Below, piece by piece: positions 16,959-26,014 of a DNA stretch of 36,161 nt (position 1 is its first letter; each line of letters opens with the position of its first letter). Source of the stretch: a virus; the IMG/VR virus record IMGVR_UViG_3300044857_000324; one strand, given 5' to 3'. A model generated the notes under the pieces. That model was not told where the DNA came from. It saw only the letters and a list, made by a program, of their open reading frames with translations, and did no database searches. The position numbers and the translations under genes are program-made.

Positions 16959-17342
16959 ATGACTAAGTACTGTGAGTTTAATGGGTGCGACACGGTGATA
17001 CAACGCGGTAGATACTGCAGCGTGCACAAGCCAACCTACAAGCGGACTAAGCGACCAACCTATGTGCACAAGAACAAACCATTCTATCGGACCAAGGCAT
17101 GGCGCGACTTATGCTTTGCTGTTGATGTGCGTGAGGGTGATCAGTGCCAGCGATGTCACCGATTGGTGTTTGGTAAGCACAAGCAGCATCATCACATCGT
17201 GCCGATACAGGTTGACCCATCACTAAAGCTAGACCCAGATAATATAATGCTACTCTGCGAAGACTGTCACCCAATCGTAGAACACGAAAACGAAGTTAAG
17301 CCGGTGCGAAAATTTGCGGGCTACTTTGGAATTTCAGATTAG
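16959..17342 (+). CDS. HNH endonuclease
   Basis: CQRCHRLVFGKHKQHHHIVPIQVDPSLKLDPDNIMLLCEDCH; located directly before the small terminase. Confidence 0.93.
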   Translation: MTKYCEFNGCDTVIQRGRYCSVHKPTYKRTKRPTYVHKNKPFYRTKAWRDLCFAVDVREGDQCQRCHRLVFGKHKQHHHIVPIQVDPSLKLDPDNIMLLCEDCHPIVEHENEVKPVRKFAGYFGISD

Positions 17343-17369
17343 CCCTGGCTACTAGCCCCCCTACCTATT

Positions 17370-17927
17370 TTGGAAAAAGTTCGAACGGAGAGGACAGTAC
17401 AACCAAGGGAGTTGCGCGCACCTCTGGGAATTTTGAAAAATTTGACGAAAGGGGATGAGATTTTGACCACGAAACTGCAGCAGAAACTAATTGACCAGGC
17501 GACAGAAGAGATGCATCACGAAAAGTCGCGCATCCTTGATATCATGCGCACCACCGAATCATATACGCCAATTTTGGACCCGATGATTGAAGCATATCTG
17601 GATGCATTCAAGAATTACCGCATTATGTATAGTCGTTGGGAAAAACAGGGGTTTCCGATTAGTAAGTATCGCAAAAGCAAAGACGGCACGAAGATTGAAA
17701 CTAAATCGATTTTGGCTGAGCAGGTACGAACTTGGGATGAGCGGCGAACTAAAGCACTTGAAAAAATTGGTTTAACCGCCAAGTCGATTCCTCAGACAGT
17801 CAAAACCGGTATCACAACAATCGATAATGAAGAGAAGGCTGCGGAGCCGGAGGAAACACCACCGGATGACCTACAGAAGTTTCGTTCTAAATTTCCGAAT
17901 GTGGTTAAAGGTCGGGTGAGCGGATGA
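17370..17927 (+). CDS. Terminase small subunit, P27 family
   Basis: Position plus P27-like organisation (DPMIEAYLDAFKNYRIMYSRWEKQG...TKTESI-like region); TTG start. Confidence 0.82.
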   Translation: MEKVRTERTVQPRELRAPLGILKNLTKGDEILTTKLQQKLIDQATEEMHHEKSRILDIMRTTESYTPILDPMIEAYLDAFKNYRIMYSRWEKQGFPISKYRKSKDGTKIETKSILAEQVRTWDERRTKALEKIGLTAKSIPQTVKTGITTIDNEEKAAEPEETPPDDLQKFRSKFPNVVKGRVSG

Positions 17928-19645
17928 AAACATCTGATAACTTGGCCCTTGATTATGCCCGGAAGGTTAGAAAGAATCCAGAACTATATCCACGCAAAAT
18001 CATTTTGGCAGTTGATCGCTTTTATCGGTGGTTGCGGCGCGATGATATTTGGTGGGACAACGAAAAAGCGGAAGCAGGCATTTGGTTTATTGAGCATAAT
18101 GTTCGGCACGTTAAGGGTGACCTTGCTGGGCAGTTAATCAAACTGGAGCCATGGCAAATTTTCGGTTTTGCACAGCTCTTTGGTTGGCAACGCCGCGATG
18201 ATAAGGGGCGCGACGTCCGCGTTATTCGCGAAGTGTACTGGCAAGTACCCAAGAAGAACGGCAAAACGCTGATTGCGGTTGGCGGTCTCACTTACGCCAT
18301 GTATTCAGGCGAGGAACTGGGTGCTGATTGTTATTGCGTGGCGTCTGACTACGACCAAGCACAGTACGCGGCGGGACCATTCGCAGAAGCTGTGAAGAAA
18401 TCGCCGGCATTGTATAGCCGGTCCAAAATTTACCTGGGCAAGGCAAACACTGTTAAGGGTGTTACCTATAAATACACCGTTGATGGCATGCCGTTTGAAA
18501 ACAAAATGATTGTGCAGACTAAAAATGCTGCGAAGATTGAAGGTTCTAATCCATATTTTGTGCTGAACGATGAGTTGCACGCACAGGAGAATATGGATCA
18601 GTACGACAACTTCAAGTCTGCGCAAGTTGAACGTGCACAGCCAATTATGTTTAACATTTCGACGGCAGGTAAAGGTAGTAGTTCCGTGGGGATGCGTGTG
18701 TACAAGGAATGTACCGATGTCTTGATGAATGACGATGATGATTCGCGACTAGTTCTGATTTACGAACCGAATAAAGGCTATGACTGGACCGATGAAGCTG
18801 TTTGGCGAATGGTGAACCCGAATGTAGACGTGTCGATTACGATGGACGCACTGCGCATGGAGTTCAATCAGGCTAAACGTTCTGCACAAGGCAAAGCAAC
18901 ATTCCTGTCGAAGCATTTGGACGTGTTCGTGAACTCTAATGACACGTACTTTGACCAGAATGAAGTGGAATCAATTCTGCGGCCTGATGAAATGGGTGAC
19001 CTGAATGGCGAACAAGCTTGGCTTGGCCTGGACCTTTCAAAAACAACTGATTTAACTTGTGTGAGTTTGAACTTTCCGACGTACAACGATAACGGCAAGG
19101 CGATTCTGAAAGTTAAGCAACGATACTTTATCCCGTATGAAAATATTGAGTACCGTGAACGCCAAGATAACGTGCCTTATCAAGAATTGTCTGAACGCGG
19201 ATTCGTTGAATTTTGTGATGGCAAGATGATTGACCAGGACCAGATTCTGAATTACATCCGCGACTTGATGGGTAAGTACGATATTCAGCAGCTGAACTAT
19301 GACCCAGCCATGGCGCAACGCCTAATTGAACAGTGCGAGAATCTTGGCCTTGATTGCGTTTCGGTGCCACAGTATCCATCAGTTATGAACAATGTTGTCG
19401 ATGATATTGAGCGGCTCATTTATGAAAAGCGGTTAATCACAGATAATCCACTGCTGGTGTACTGTTTGGCGAACATGACCGTCATTACTAACGTGGGTGG
19501 TCTTAAGTCACCATCAAAGAAATACAGCAAGAAGAAGATTGATGGTGCTGCCGCCATGATGATCGGGCATAAAGCGACCATCGACCAGATGGACGATATC
19601 GATGCAGATGCGCTCGATGATTACATCGATGACCTGTACGACTAA
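17924..19645 (+). CDS. Terminase large subunit
   Basis: WQVPKKNGKTLIAVGGL ATPase motif, FVLNDELHAQENMDQYDN, nuclease domain GLDLSKTTDLTCVSLNFP. Confidence 0.95.
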   Translation: MKTSDNLALDYARKVRKNPELYPRKIILAVDRFYRWLRRDDIWWDNEKAEAGIWFIEHNVRHVKGDLAGQLIKLEPWQIFGFAQLFGWQRRDDKGRDVRVIREVYWQVPKKNGKTLIAVGGLTYAMYSGEELGADCYCVASDYDQAQYAAGPFAEAVKKSPALYSRSKIYLGKANTVKGVTYKYTVDGMPFENKMIVQTKNAAKIEGSNPYFVLNDELHAQENMDQYDNFKSAQVERAQPIMFNISTAGKGSSSVGMRVYKECTDVLMNDDDDSRLVLIYEPNKGYDWTDEAVWRMVNPNVDVSITMDALRMEFNQAKRSAQGKATFLSKHLDVFVNSNDTYFDQNEVESILRPDEMGDLNGEQAWLGLDLSKTTDLTCVSLNFPTYNDNGKAILKVKQRYFIPYENIEYRERQDNVPYQELSERGFVEFCDGKMIDQDQILNYIRDLMGKYDIQQLNYDPAMAQRLIEQCENLGLDCVSVPQYPSVMNNVVDDIERLIYEKRLITDNPLLVYCLANMTVITNVGGLKSPSKKYSKKKIDGAAAMMIGHKATIDQMDDIDADALDDYIDDLYD

Positions 19646-19663
19646 CGGAAAGGAGGTGAAAAC

Positions 19664-20899
19664 ATGGGAGTAGTAAGTAACCTGCGAAATCGATTTTCGA
19701 ACTACGTGTACAAGCGGGCACAACGGTCTGGTGTATTGGACGAATGGATGAACGCGTTGTCTACCGGTTCGATTCGATGGGGTGGGGCTTATGTAGATGA
19801 TGAATCGGTGTTGAAGTCGTCTGACGTATACGAACTGTTGAATGACATTAGTAGCCAAGTCGCTATGGCAAAGCCGGTTGTAATTGGGCCAGACGGCAAG
19901 GACGTTCCGAATCACAAGTTTTTGCAGTTGCTTAAGCAACCGAATAATTATCTGACTGGATATGAGTACAGCGTACTGGAAACCAATGCACTGCTGATGA
20001 ATGGTGAAGTATTCCCGATTTACTTGGGAAACGAACTGCATTTGGCTAACAATGTGTTTGTGGATCTCGATAATCGTTTGATTGAGCATTACAAGATTAA
20101 CGGTGAAGAAATTCCCGCCACGATGATGGAGCATATCAAGCGAATTGGTGGACGAGCAATGGAAGGACAAGGATTGTCTGACTTGGGTCGTAACACTCTT
20201 AATGGTGTGATGAATGCTGAAAAGGTGCTGACCGATAAGTACACCAAGGGTGGTGTAATGGCGTTCCTGCTCAAGCTGGACGCCCAGATTAACCCACAAA
20301 ACAGTTCGCAGTCCAAGTTGGTTAAAGCAGTGAAGAATTCATTGGCACAGATTAATTCAGCCGACGATGTGAAGATTGTGCCACTTGGTCGCGGCTACGA
20401 TATTGAGGCTTTGGAATCGCCGGTCGATGACCAAAAGATTCTGGCGTATCTGGATGTTTACAAGAAGGACCTGGGCAAGTTCCTAGGTATCAACGTGGAC
20501 ACGTATCAGGCGATGATGAAGACCGACATTGAAAAAGCGATGATGTATTTGCACAACAAGGTTGTAAAACCAATTTTGGAAAATCGTGCTGAGCATTACA
20601 CCAAATTGCTTTTTGGCCGGGATAGTCGATATCGCATTGAATGGCGTATCAATATTTTGGACTTTGTACCATACAGTACGAAGACAAACATTGGGTACAA
20701 CATCGTTCGTACTGGTATCACCACGCCAGATGCGGTGGCTGAGATGCTTGGCTTTGAACCGCAGAACACCCCTGAAACGCAGGCCGTCTACATCAGTAAT
20801 GACCTGAGTAAAATCAGCAATGCAACTGATGATTCATTGCCAACGAAGGGAGGTGATAAAGATGCCAAAGATTCTAACGCGGACAGTAAATCTAACTAA
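19664..20899 (+). CDS. Phage portal protein (HK97 type)
   Basis: 411 aa, SSDVYELLNDISSQVAMAKPVV...LKQPNNYLTGYEYSVLETNALLMNGEVF, between TerL and protease. Confidence 0.9.
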   Translation: MGVVSNLRNRFSNYVYKRAQRSGVLDEWMNALSTGSIRWGGAYVDDESVLKSSDVYELLNDISSQVAMAKPVVIGPDGKDVPNHKFLQLLKQPNNYLTGYEYSVLETNALLMNGEVFPIYLGNELHLANNVFVDLDNRLIEHYKINGEEIPATMMEHIKRIGGRAMEGQGLSDLGRNTLNGVMNAEKVLTDKYTKGGVMAFLLKLDAQINPQNSSQSKLVKAVKNSLAQINSADDVKIVPLGRGYDIEALESPVDDQKILAYLDVYKKDLGKFLGINVDTYQAMMKTDIEKAMMYLHNKVVKPILENRAEHYTKLLFGRDSRYRIEWRINILDFVPYSTKTNIGYNIVRTGITTPDAVAEMLGFEPQNTPETQAVYISNDLSKISNATDDSLPTKGGDKDAKDSNADSKSN

Positions 20900-21440
20900 C
20901 GTTCGCACTCGCGATGCCGATGAGAACGGTACGCGACAAGTGACTGGGTATGCGTCAGTTTTCAATAGCCCGACAATAATTGCCGGTTACTACGAAGAGA
21001 CAATTGCACCTGGTGCATTCAGTCGTACGCTGGCCGAGAATGATGATATTCGGGCACTGTTTAATCACGACACCGGTGAGGTGTTGGGACGTACCAAAGC
21101 AGGCACGCTGAGTCTGCAAGAAGATGACCATGGGTTAGCTTTTACCTTGGACCTACCTGATACACAGCGTGGCCGCGACCTGGCAGTACTGATGGAACGC
21201 GGTGACGTGAACCAATGCAGTTTTGGATTTTGGCCGACCGTGGAAGAGTGGGATTACTCTGATCCGGACCAGCCGAAAGATACAGTTCGGGAATGTGACC
21301 TGATGGAAATTTCTATCGTGACATTCCCTGCCTATGACGACACGGAAGCAAATCTTGTCCGCAGTGATGGGCAAGACGTGACGCTAATCAAGCGTCGCGC
21401 AAAACTAATCAAACAAATCAATGAGGTGATTGAGAAATGA
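20862..21440 (+). CDS. HK97-family prohead protease
   Basis: MPKILTRTVNLTNVRTRDADENGTRQVTGYASVFNSPTI...APGAFSRTLAENDDIRALFNHD...RGDVNQCSFGF; SD GGAGGTG; overlaps the portal 3' end. Confidence 0.93.
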   Translation: MPKILTRTVNLTNVRTRDADENGTRQVTGYASVFNSPTIIAGYYEETIAPGAFSRTLAENDDIRALFNHDTGEVLGRTKAGTLSLQEDDHGLAFTLDLPDTQRGRDLAVLMERGDVNQCSFGFWPTVEEWDYSDPDQPKDTVRECDLMEISIVTFPAYDDTEANLVRSDGQDVTLIKRRAKLIKQINEVIEK

Positions 21441-22798
21441 AGCGAAATGCAATTTTGACGGCAATGTCCGCCCTGCGCTCTAAGCTTGATGTATTTAAGA
21501 AGCGCGCTGCCGATACTACAGTAACCGCAGATGAACTTGACCAGATTGAAAAGGACACCAAGGACGCCACCGACGCGCTGAGTGACCTGCAAGACCAGTT
21601 GGATGCACTGGATTCTGATGCGTCTGGTGACACCGGTTCTGGTGATACTGGTTCTAACGACACTTCCGATCGCAGTGATGACGATGACGAAGATTCTGAT
21701 GATGACACCGAACGCGGTGCTGACCCGGCACCAACTGATGCACAGCGTTCCCGTGTGGTTGATATTATTACTCGCAACCGGGAAAACATTAACGGTGCTA
21801 AGGCAAAGCCAAACGAAAACCAGATTCGTTCTGCATTCGTTGGTGCGCTGATGGGAACTGTTGGTCACGAACAGCTTCGCTCACTGGGAGTAGAATCTAA
21901 CAACGGTTCGGTGATTGTACCTACATCTATTGCACACGAGATTATTACTTACACAGAAGAAGAAAACCTTCTGCGTAAGTATGGCTCTGGTGTAAGCACC
22001 AAGGGACTTGTAAGCTACCCCGTCCTTGTTAAGAAGGCTTATGCTGCTGGGCACGCCAATGAATACAAGGATGGCGAATCCGTACCCGAGACGGACATTC
22101 AGCTTGATGAAATTTTGCTGGAACCATCTGAATTCGATGCCATGGCACGAGTAACTAAGAAGCTCGTGGCGATGGGCGTTCAGGGCATTAACATCGAAGC
22201 TACGATTGTCGAAGAACTTTCCAAGGCGTACGCCCGCAAGGAAGCTCAGTTCTTCTTCCAGGGGAACGACCCTAAGAATCCTAACGAACGTGCACTTGCT
22301 AAGAAGGCCGGTGAGTTCTTCCACAAGGTTGACTTGACGGCAGAAGGTTGGACTCAGAAGCTTTACCCAGCATTTGTTGCACTCAAGCGTAAGGTACCAG
22401 TTGCACTACGCAAGAAGGCTCGTTGGTTTACAAACTCTGCAGGTATGGCATTGCTTGAAACTATGGTTGACGTTAACGGTAACCCACTGCTGCATGATGC
22501 CAATGATGGGATGGGTCAGAAGTTCTTGAACTACCCAATTGATGAAACTGAACACGTTGATGTGACTGATGTAGACACCCCAGTGTTTTACTTTGGTGAC
22601 ATGAGCGCATTCCACTTCCAAGATGTTCAGGGATCAATGACCGTTCAGAAGCTGGTTGAAAAGTATTCCGACCAGAATCAGATTGGTTACCAGGTTTACA
22701 ACCTTGTTGATGGTGGTTTGATTTACAGCCCACTTGAAGTGCCTGTATTCCGATACGTGCCAACCGAAGATGCACCCGAAGACCCAGCGTCAAAATAG
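21437..22798 (+). CDS. Major capsid protein, HK97 family
   Basis: Delta/scaffold-like N-terminus, GALMGTVGHEQLRSLGVESNNGSVIVPTSIAHEIITYTEEENLLRKYGSGVSTKG... capsid core, Asp/Ser-rich linker. Confidence 0.93.
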   Translation: MKRNAILTAMSALRSKLDVFKKRAADTTVTADELDQIEKDTKDATDALSDLQDQLDALDSDASGDTGSGDTGSNDTSDRSDDDDEDSDDDTERGADPAPTDAQRSRVVDIITRNRENINGAKAKPNENQIRSAFVGALMGTVGHEQLRSLGVESNNGSVIVPTSIAHEIITYTEEENLLRKYGSGVSTKGLVSYPVLVKKAYAAGHANEYKDGESVPETDIQLDEILLEPSEFDAMARVTKKLVAMGVQGINIEATIVEELSKAYARKEAQFFFQGNDPKNPNERALAKKAGEFFHKVDLTAEGWTQKLYPAFVALKRKVPVALRKKARWFTNSAGMALLETMVDVNGNPLLHDANDGMGQKFLNYPIDETEHVDVTDVDTPVFYFGDMSAFHFQDVQGSMTVQKLVEKYSDQNQIGYQVYNLVDGGLIYSPLEVPVFRYVPTEDAPEDPASK

Positions 22799-23136
22799 CA
22801 GCCCCAAGTGGCTTCTCCACAACACTAAACGCTGATGGTAGCGTAACGGCAAAGTGGAATGCCACAGATGGGGCGAAGTCATACGTGGTTCATTATGGTG
22901 ACCCTGGGAAGACTGGCGCTGATGAAATATATATGGGGTACACCACGGGGACTGAATGGACCCTTGCAGCTAATGATGTGCCTGCGCACATTGCTGGCGA
23001 CAAGATTATGTTCAATGTCATGGCCTATCCCGTTGAGGGTACGGGAGATACCGATATTGCTAAGGCCGCATACCTTAACACTGCTACAGTTACTGGGTCT
23101 GATTGGTCACGTGGTAGCAGCGTAACGTTTGCTTAG
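22742..23136 (+). other. -1 frame extension of the major capsid protein: Ig/Fn3-like domain (transframe)
   Basis: -1 frame open from after TGA (22739..22741) to TAG 23134..23136; slip at A_AAA (22792..22795) before TAG gives ...EDPASK + IAAPSGFSTTLNADGSVTAKWNATDGAKSYVVHYGDPGKTG...SRGSSVTFA (113 aa). Confidence 0.7.
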
Positions 23137-23149
23137 GCGGTGATTAATC

Positions 23150-23437
23150 ATGGCAGAAACAAGTACCGCTGACTTGGTCGCAAAACTCAAGTTGCATCTG
23201 CAGTGGGAAGAGGACATGGACGACACCATGTACCCCAGCTATATCGAAGCGGCAAAGCAATACGTCATTCGTGCACTAGATGAACCTGATGAACAATTGG
23301 TCATTATGGTAGCGAGCATCTTAGCCGATTGGCGGGTGCCGGATAAAGATATGGCTGCGGCCCTTGAATCGTTAACACCATTTTTCATTCAGATTCAATT
23401 TGCACAGTTGGTAGGTGACGATGATGCGGCTGACTAA
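23150..23437 (+). CDS. Head-tail connector (gp6-like)
   Basis: LKLHLQWEEDMDDTMYPSYIEAAKQYVIRALDEP typical of DNA packaging/connector proteins, positional. Confidence 0.75.
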   Translation: MAETSTADLVAKLKLHLQWEEDMDDTMYPSYIEAAKQYVIRALDEPDEQLVIMVASILADWRVPDKDMAAALESLTPFFIQIQFAQLVGDDDAAD

Positions 23438-23753
23438 CCAGTTAATGCATCGCGCTACCCTGATGCAAATTGTTGAAGGAACGGATGATGACGACCGGCC
23501 CACTAAGAACCGGCAACCGGTGCGTACAATTCAGTACGCGAACCTGGGCGTTTACAGTTCCGAAAAGTATTACAGTCAGCAGGCGAAAACCGACGTAGAT
23601 AAACGGATGGCAATTAGGGTTGACCGTAGCATTAACGAACATGATTTTGGTATTCGCATCGGTACGGATGATTACAATATCGTCCGAATCTACGATGATG
23701 AAGCCAACCGCAGATTGGAGTTGAGTTTGTCCCGTGTCAAAACGAATTCGTAG
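23415..23753 (+). CDS. Head closure / head-tail joining protein
   Basis: Position and architecture (RLTNQLMHRATLMQIVEGTDDDDRPTKNRQPVRTIQYANLGVYSSE). Confidence 0.65.
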   Translation: MTMMRLTNQLMHRATLMQIVEGTDDDDRPTKNRQPVRTIQYANLGVYSSEKYYSQQAKTDVDKRMAIRVDRSINEHDFGIRIGTDDYNIVRIYDDEANRRLELSLSRVKTNS

Positions 23754-24072
23754 TATCACTGACTTGTCCGCAGCGTTTAAAGCAGCAGGGTATAAGGTGT
23801 TCCAGGACGTGGCGACTGGGACAGACTATCCCTATCTTGTTTACACGTTTGTTTCGGACAGGGCAGTACGCAGGTCAAACAAGGCAATTTCGCACGTTAG
23901 GCAGTATTCGGTAAGTTTGTACACCACGGGTACTGCAAACGATTTGACGCTCGTTTGCGCTGTACTAGACCAAGGTTCGGTACCTTACCAAGCTTTTGTT
24001 AGCCAAGCAGGCAGCGAAAACGATGATGTGGTAACCAACTTCTACACGTATGTGGAATTTGAGGTGAGCTAA
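23734..24072 (+). CDS. Tail terminator / DUF806-like protein
   Basis: TGTDYPYLVYTFVSDRAVRRSNKAISHVRQYSVSLYTTG; positional. Confidence 0.6.
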   Translation: MSKRIRSITDLSAAFKAAGYKVFQDVATGTDYPYLVYTFVSDRAVRRSNKAISHVRQYSVSLYTTGTANDLTLVCAVLDQGSVPYQAFVSQAGSENDDVVTNFYTYVEFEVS

Positions 24073-24441
24073 ATGGCGGATGACCCTTTTAACTCAATGA
24101 ATAAGTTCTTAGCTGGTAAGGCTAAAAAAGCTATGAACAGTAAGAAGGGCGTTCAGAGCGCGGCGGATATATTTGTGAATGCGCTGAAAAAGAACGTGCC
24201 ATACACTACTTCGCGCAGCGAAGCCAAGTATGGACACTTACGTGACAACTTAGGTGTTGAAATCACTAGTAGTGGTGTTGACGCTACGTGGGGTGACGCA
24301 TTCTGGTACTACTTTTTGGACCACGGTACATCACCGAGTAAAAAGGGTGGCACTGGTCAACCAGCGCGGAACTTAACACAAAAAACGTGGTCTCAGGTTG
24401 AAAGCAAGGTCTGGGCCGCAATGGAAAAAACAATCGAATAG
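24073..24441 (+). CDS. HK97 gp10-like tail-completion protein
   Basis: ADIFVNALKKNVPYTTSRSEAKYGHLRDNLGVEI...FWYYFLDHGTSPSKKGGTGQPARN typical HK97-gp10 pattern. Confidence 0.8.
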   Translation: MADDPFNSMNKFLAGKAKKAMNSKKGVQSAADIFVNALKKNVPYTTSRSEAKYGHLRDNLGVEITSSGVDATWGDAFWYYFLDHGTSPSKKGGTGQPARNLTQKTWSQVESKVWAAMEKTIE

Positions 24442-24453
24442 GAGTGAAGAAAT

Positions 24454-25374
24454 ATGGCTACACCAAGTACGGAAACGGCGAACAACCAGGTGTACGACTT
24501 TGGTATTGATGATGCGTTCATCGTGCCAATCGAAACACCAGGTACATCCACCAGCGCACCCGTATACAGCGATAAAATCTATCGCTTGTCAATTATTAGC
24601 AAGCTGAGCGTAAAGGGGAATGGTAAGACCACTGAAAAGTGGGCATCTAACAAGCTCTTTGCCCGTGTTGCACGTACGACTCAGCATGAACTGAGCTTTG
24701 ACGAAGTGGGGCTGCCGACCATCGTGGCCGACTTTATGAGTGGTGTGCAGGAAAAGCATGGGGTTAACTTTGGTAAGACGACCCCAACCACGATGCCAGA
24801 ATTTGCTTTTGGTTATATCGCACCACAATCTGACGGCACAATGAACGGGTTTTGGTACCCACGGGTATCTATGGATCCCGCAACTGAACTCAGCTACGAA
24901 ACCCAGAATGACGAACTGGCAATTAACGATACTAGTCTGTCGATGATTGCAAACGGTCTGGTTAGCAACAACGTTTTGTGGACTGACTACAAGGCGGCTC
25001 GTGAAGGCGCGAAGGATATGACGATTGAGCAGTTCATGAGTCAGGTTGTTTACGATGAAACACAGCTTGAGGATTTAATTGAGCCAGGTGAGTCAACAGT
25101 TGCAGTCACCGGCGTGAGTCTAAGTAAAACTACTGCAGATGTTGAGATTGGTGGAACAATTCAACTCACAGCAACTGTTACACCAGCCAATGCCACTAAT
25201 GGTGATCTGAGTTGGACATCATCAGACGAAGAATCTGCCACCGTTGATAGTAAAGGTTTGGTGACTGTTGTTACATCTGAAGCGAATAAGACAGTTGATA
25301 TTAGCGTAACGTCCGTTGACGGCGGTAAGAGTGCGAAGTGCACCATTACGACTACGGCCAAGACTGAGGGGTAA
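24454..25374 (+). CDS. Major tail tube protein with C-terminal Ig-like (Big_2-type) domain
   Basis: GIDDAFIVPIETPGTSTSAPV... tail protein followed by VTGVSLSKTTADVEIGGTIQLTATVTPANATNGDLSWTSSDEESATVDSKGLVTVV. Confidence 0.88.
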   Translation: MATPSTETANNQVYDFGIDDAFIVPIETPGTSTSAPVYSDKIYRLSIISKLSVKGNGKTTEKWASNKLFARVARTTQHELSFDEVGLPTIVADFMSGVQEKHGVNFGKTTPTTMPEFAFGYIAPQSDGTMNGFWYPRVSMDPATELSYETQNDELAINDTSLSMIANGLVSNNVLWTDYKAAREGAKDMTIEQFMSQVVYDETQLEDLIEPGESTVAVTGVSLSKTTADVEIGGTIQLTATVTPANATNGDLSWTSSDEESATVDSKGLVTVVTSEANKTVDISVTSVDGGKSAKCTITTTAKTEG

Positions 25375-25378
25375 GTAA

Positions 25379-25807
25379 ATGGCGAAGCTATCTGATTTAA
25401 TCGACGTTAAAATGTCCGCTGACACGATTACTGTTCAGGGTACAAAGATTCCGGTGCATCTGGGATTCAGCGCCTTTGAATATATAGCTGAAGCGTATGG
25501 GGGTAGTTATCACAAGTTTGAAAATGAGCTTAATCTGATGCTTAAGCGAGGGAATGTGGTACTCGATGCTCATACCACTAAACTGATGCGTGCGCTGGTA
25601 TATGGCTTAGTTCGCGCCGGCGGTACTGAAACCACACCGCAAGAACTGGAACAGGCAATTCCGCTGCAGGATGTGCCAGAGGTGTTTAACACCGTTCTGG
25701 ATATCTTTGCCCGGCAGAATTTTGACCAGAAGGATTCAGCAAAAATTGTCACCCCAAAAACAAACGGGGGTCGAAACAAACGAAAGCACAAGGGCAAGAA
25801 ACGTTAG
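25379..25807 (+). CDS. Tail assembly chaperone (gpG-like)
   Basis: 142 aa between tail tube and tape measure; ends in a basic tail. Confidence 0.8.
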   Translation: MAKLSDLIDVKMSADTITVQGTKIPVHLGFSAFEYIAEAYGGSYHKFENELNLMLKRGNVVLDAHTTKLMRALVYGLVRAGGTETTPQELEQAIPLQDVPEVFNTVLDIFARQNFDQKDSAKIVTPKTNGGRNKRKHKGKKR

Positions 25808-25995
25808 ATTTTGAGTTCTACGCTTACGTTGCACTGTCCCTTCTTCACTGGAACAGTGCTTTTTTCTTATATGAAGCGACCCCCAACTTTTGGCTTAAAT
25901 CGTGGGTACAGTATCTGCGGATGAATGATCCCGAATCCATTAATGAAAATGGCGGGGAAACCTTCTATCCGGATACCATTCCACTTTATAACTAG
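25379..25995 (+). other. gpGT-type frameshift product (join 25379..25759 and -1 frame 25759..25995)
   Basis: Slippery heptamer C_CCA_AAA at 25753..25759; -1 frame continues NKRGSKQTKAQGQETLDFEFYAYVALSLLHWNSAFFLYEATPNFWLKSWVQYLRMNDPESINENGGETFYPDTIPLYN (78 aa). Confidence 0.85.
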
Positions 25996-26014
25996 TGAAA
26001 GGAGATGAAGTAAT

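Noticed and set aside
19514-20299. 261-aa minus-strand ORF opposite terminase/portal
   Set aside because: Fully antisense to well-supported structural genes, no recognisable motif or RBS.
21332-21868. 178-aa minus-strand ORF opposite protease/capsid
   Set aside because: Antisense to the acidic linker and HK97 genes; long only because of codon bias.
22859-23125. 88-aa plus-strand ORF MPQMGRSHTWFIMVTLGRL...
   Set aside because: Wrong frame; the Ig/Fn3-like domain is encoded in the overlapping frame that joins the capsid gene by -1 shift.
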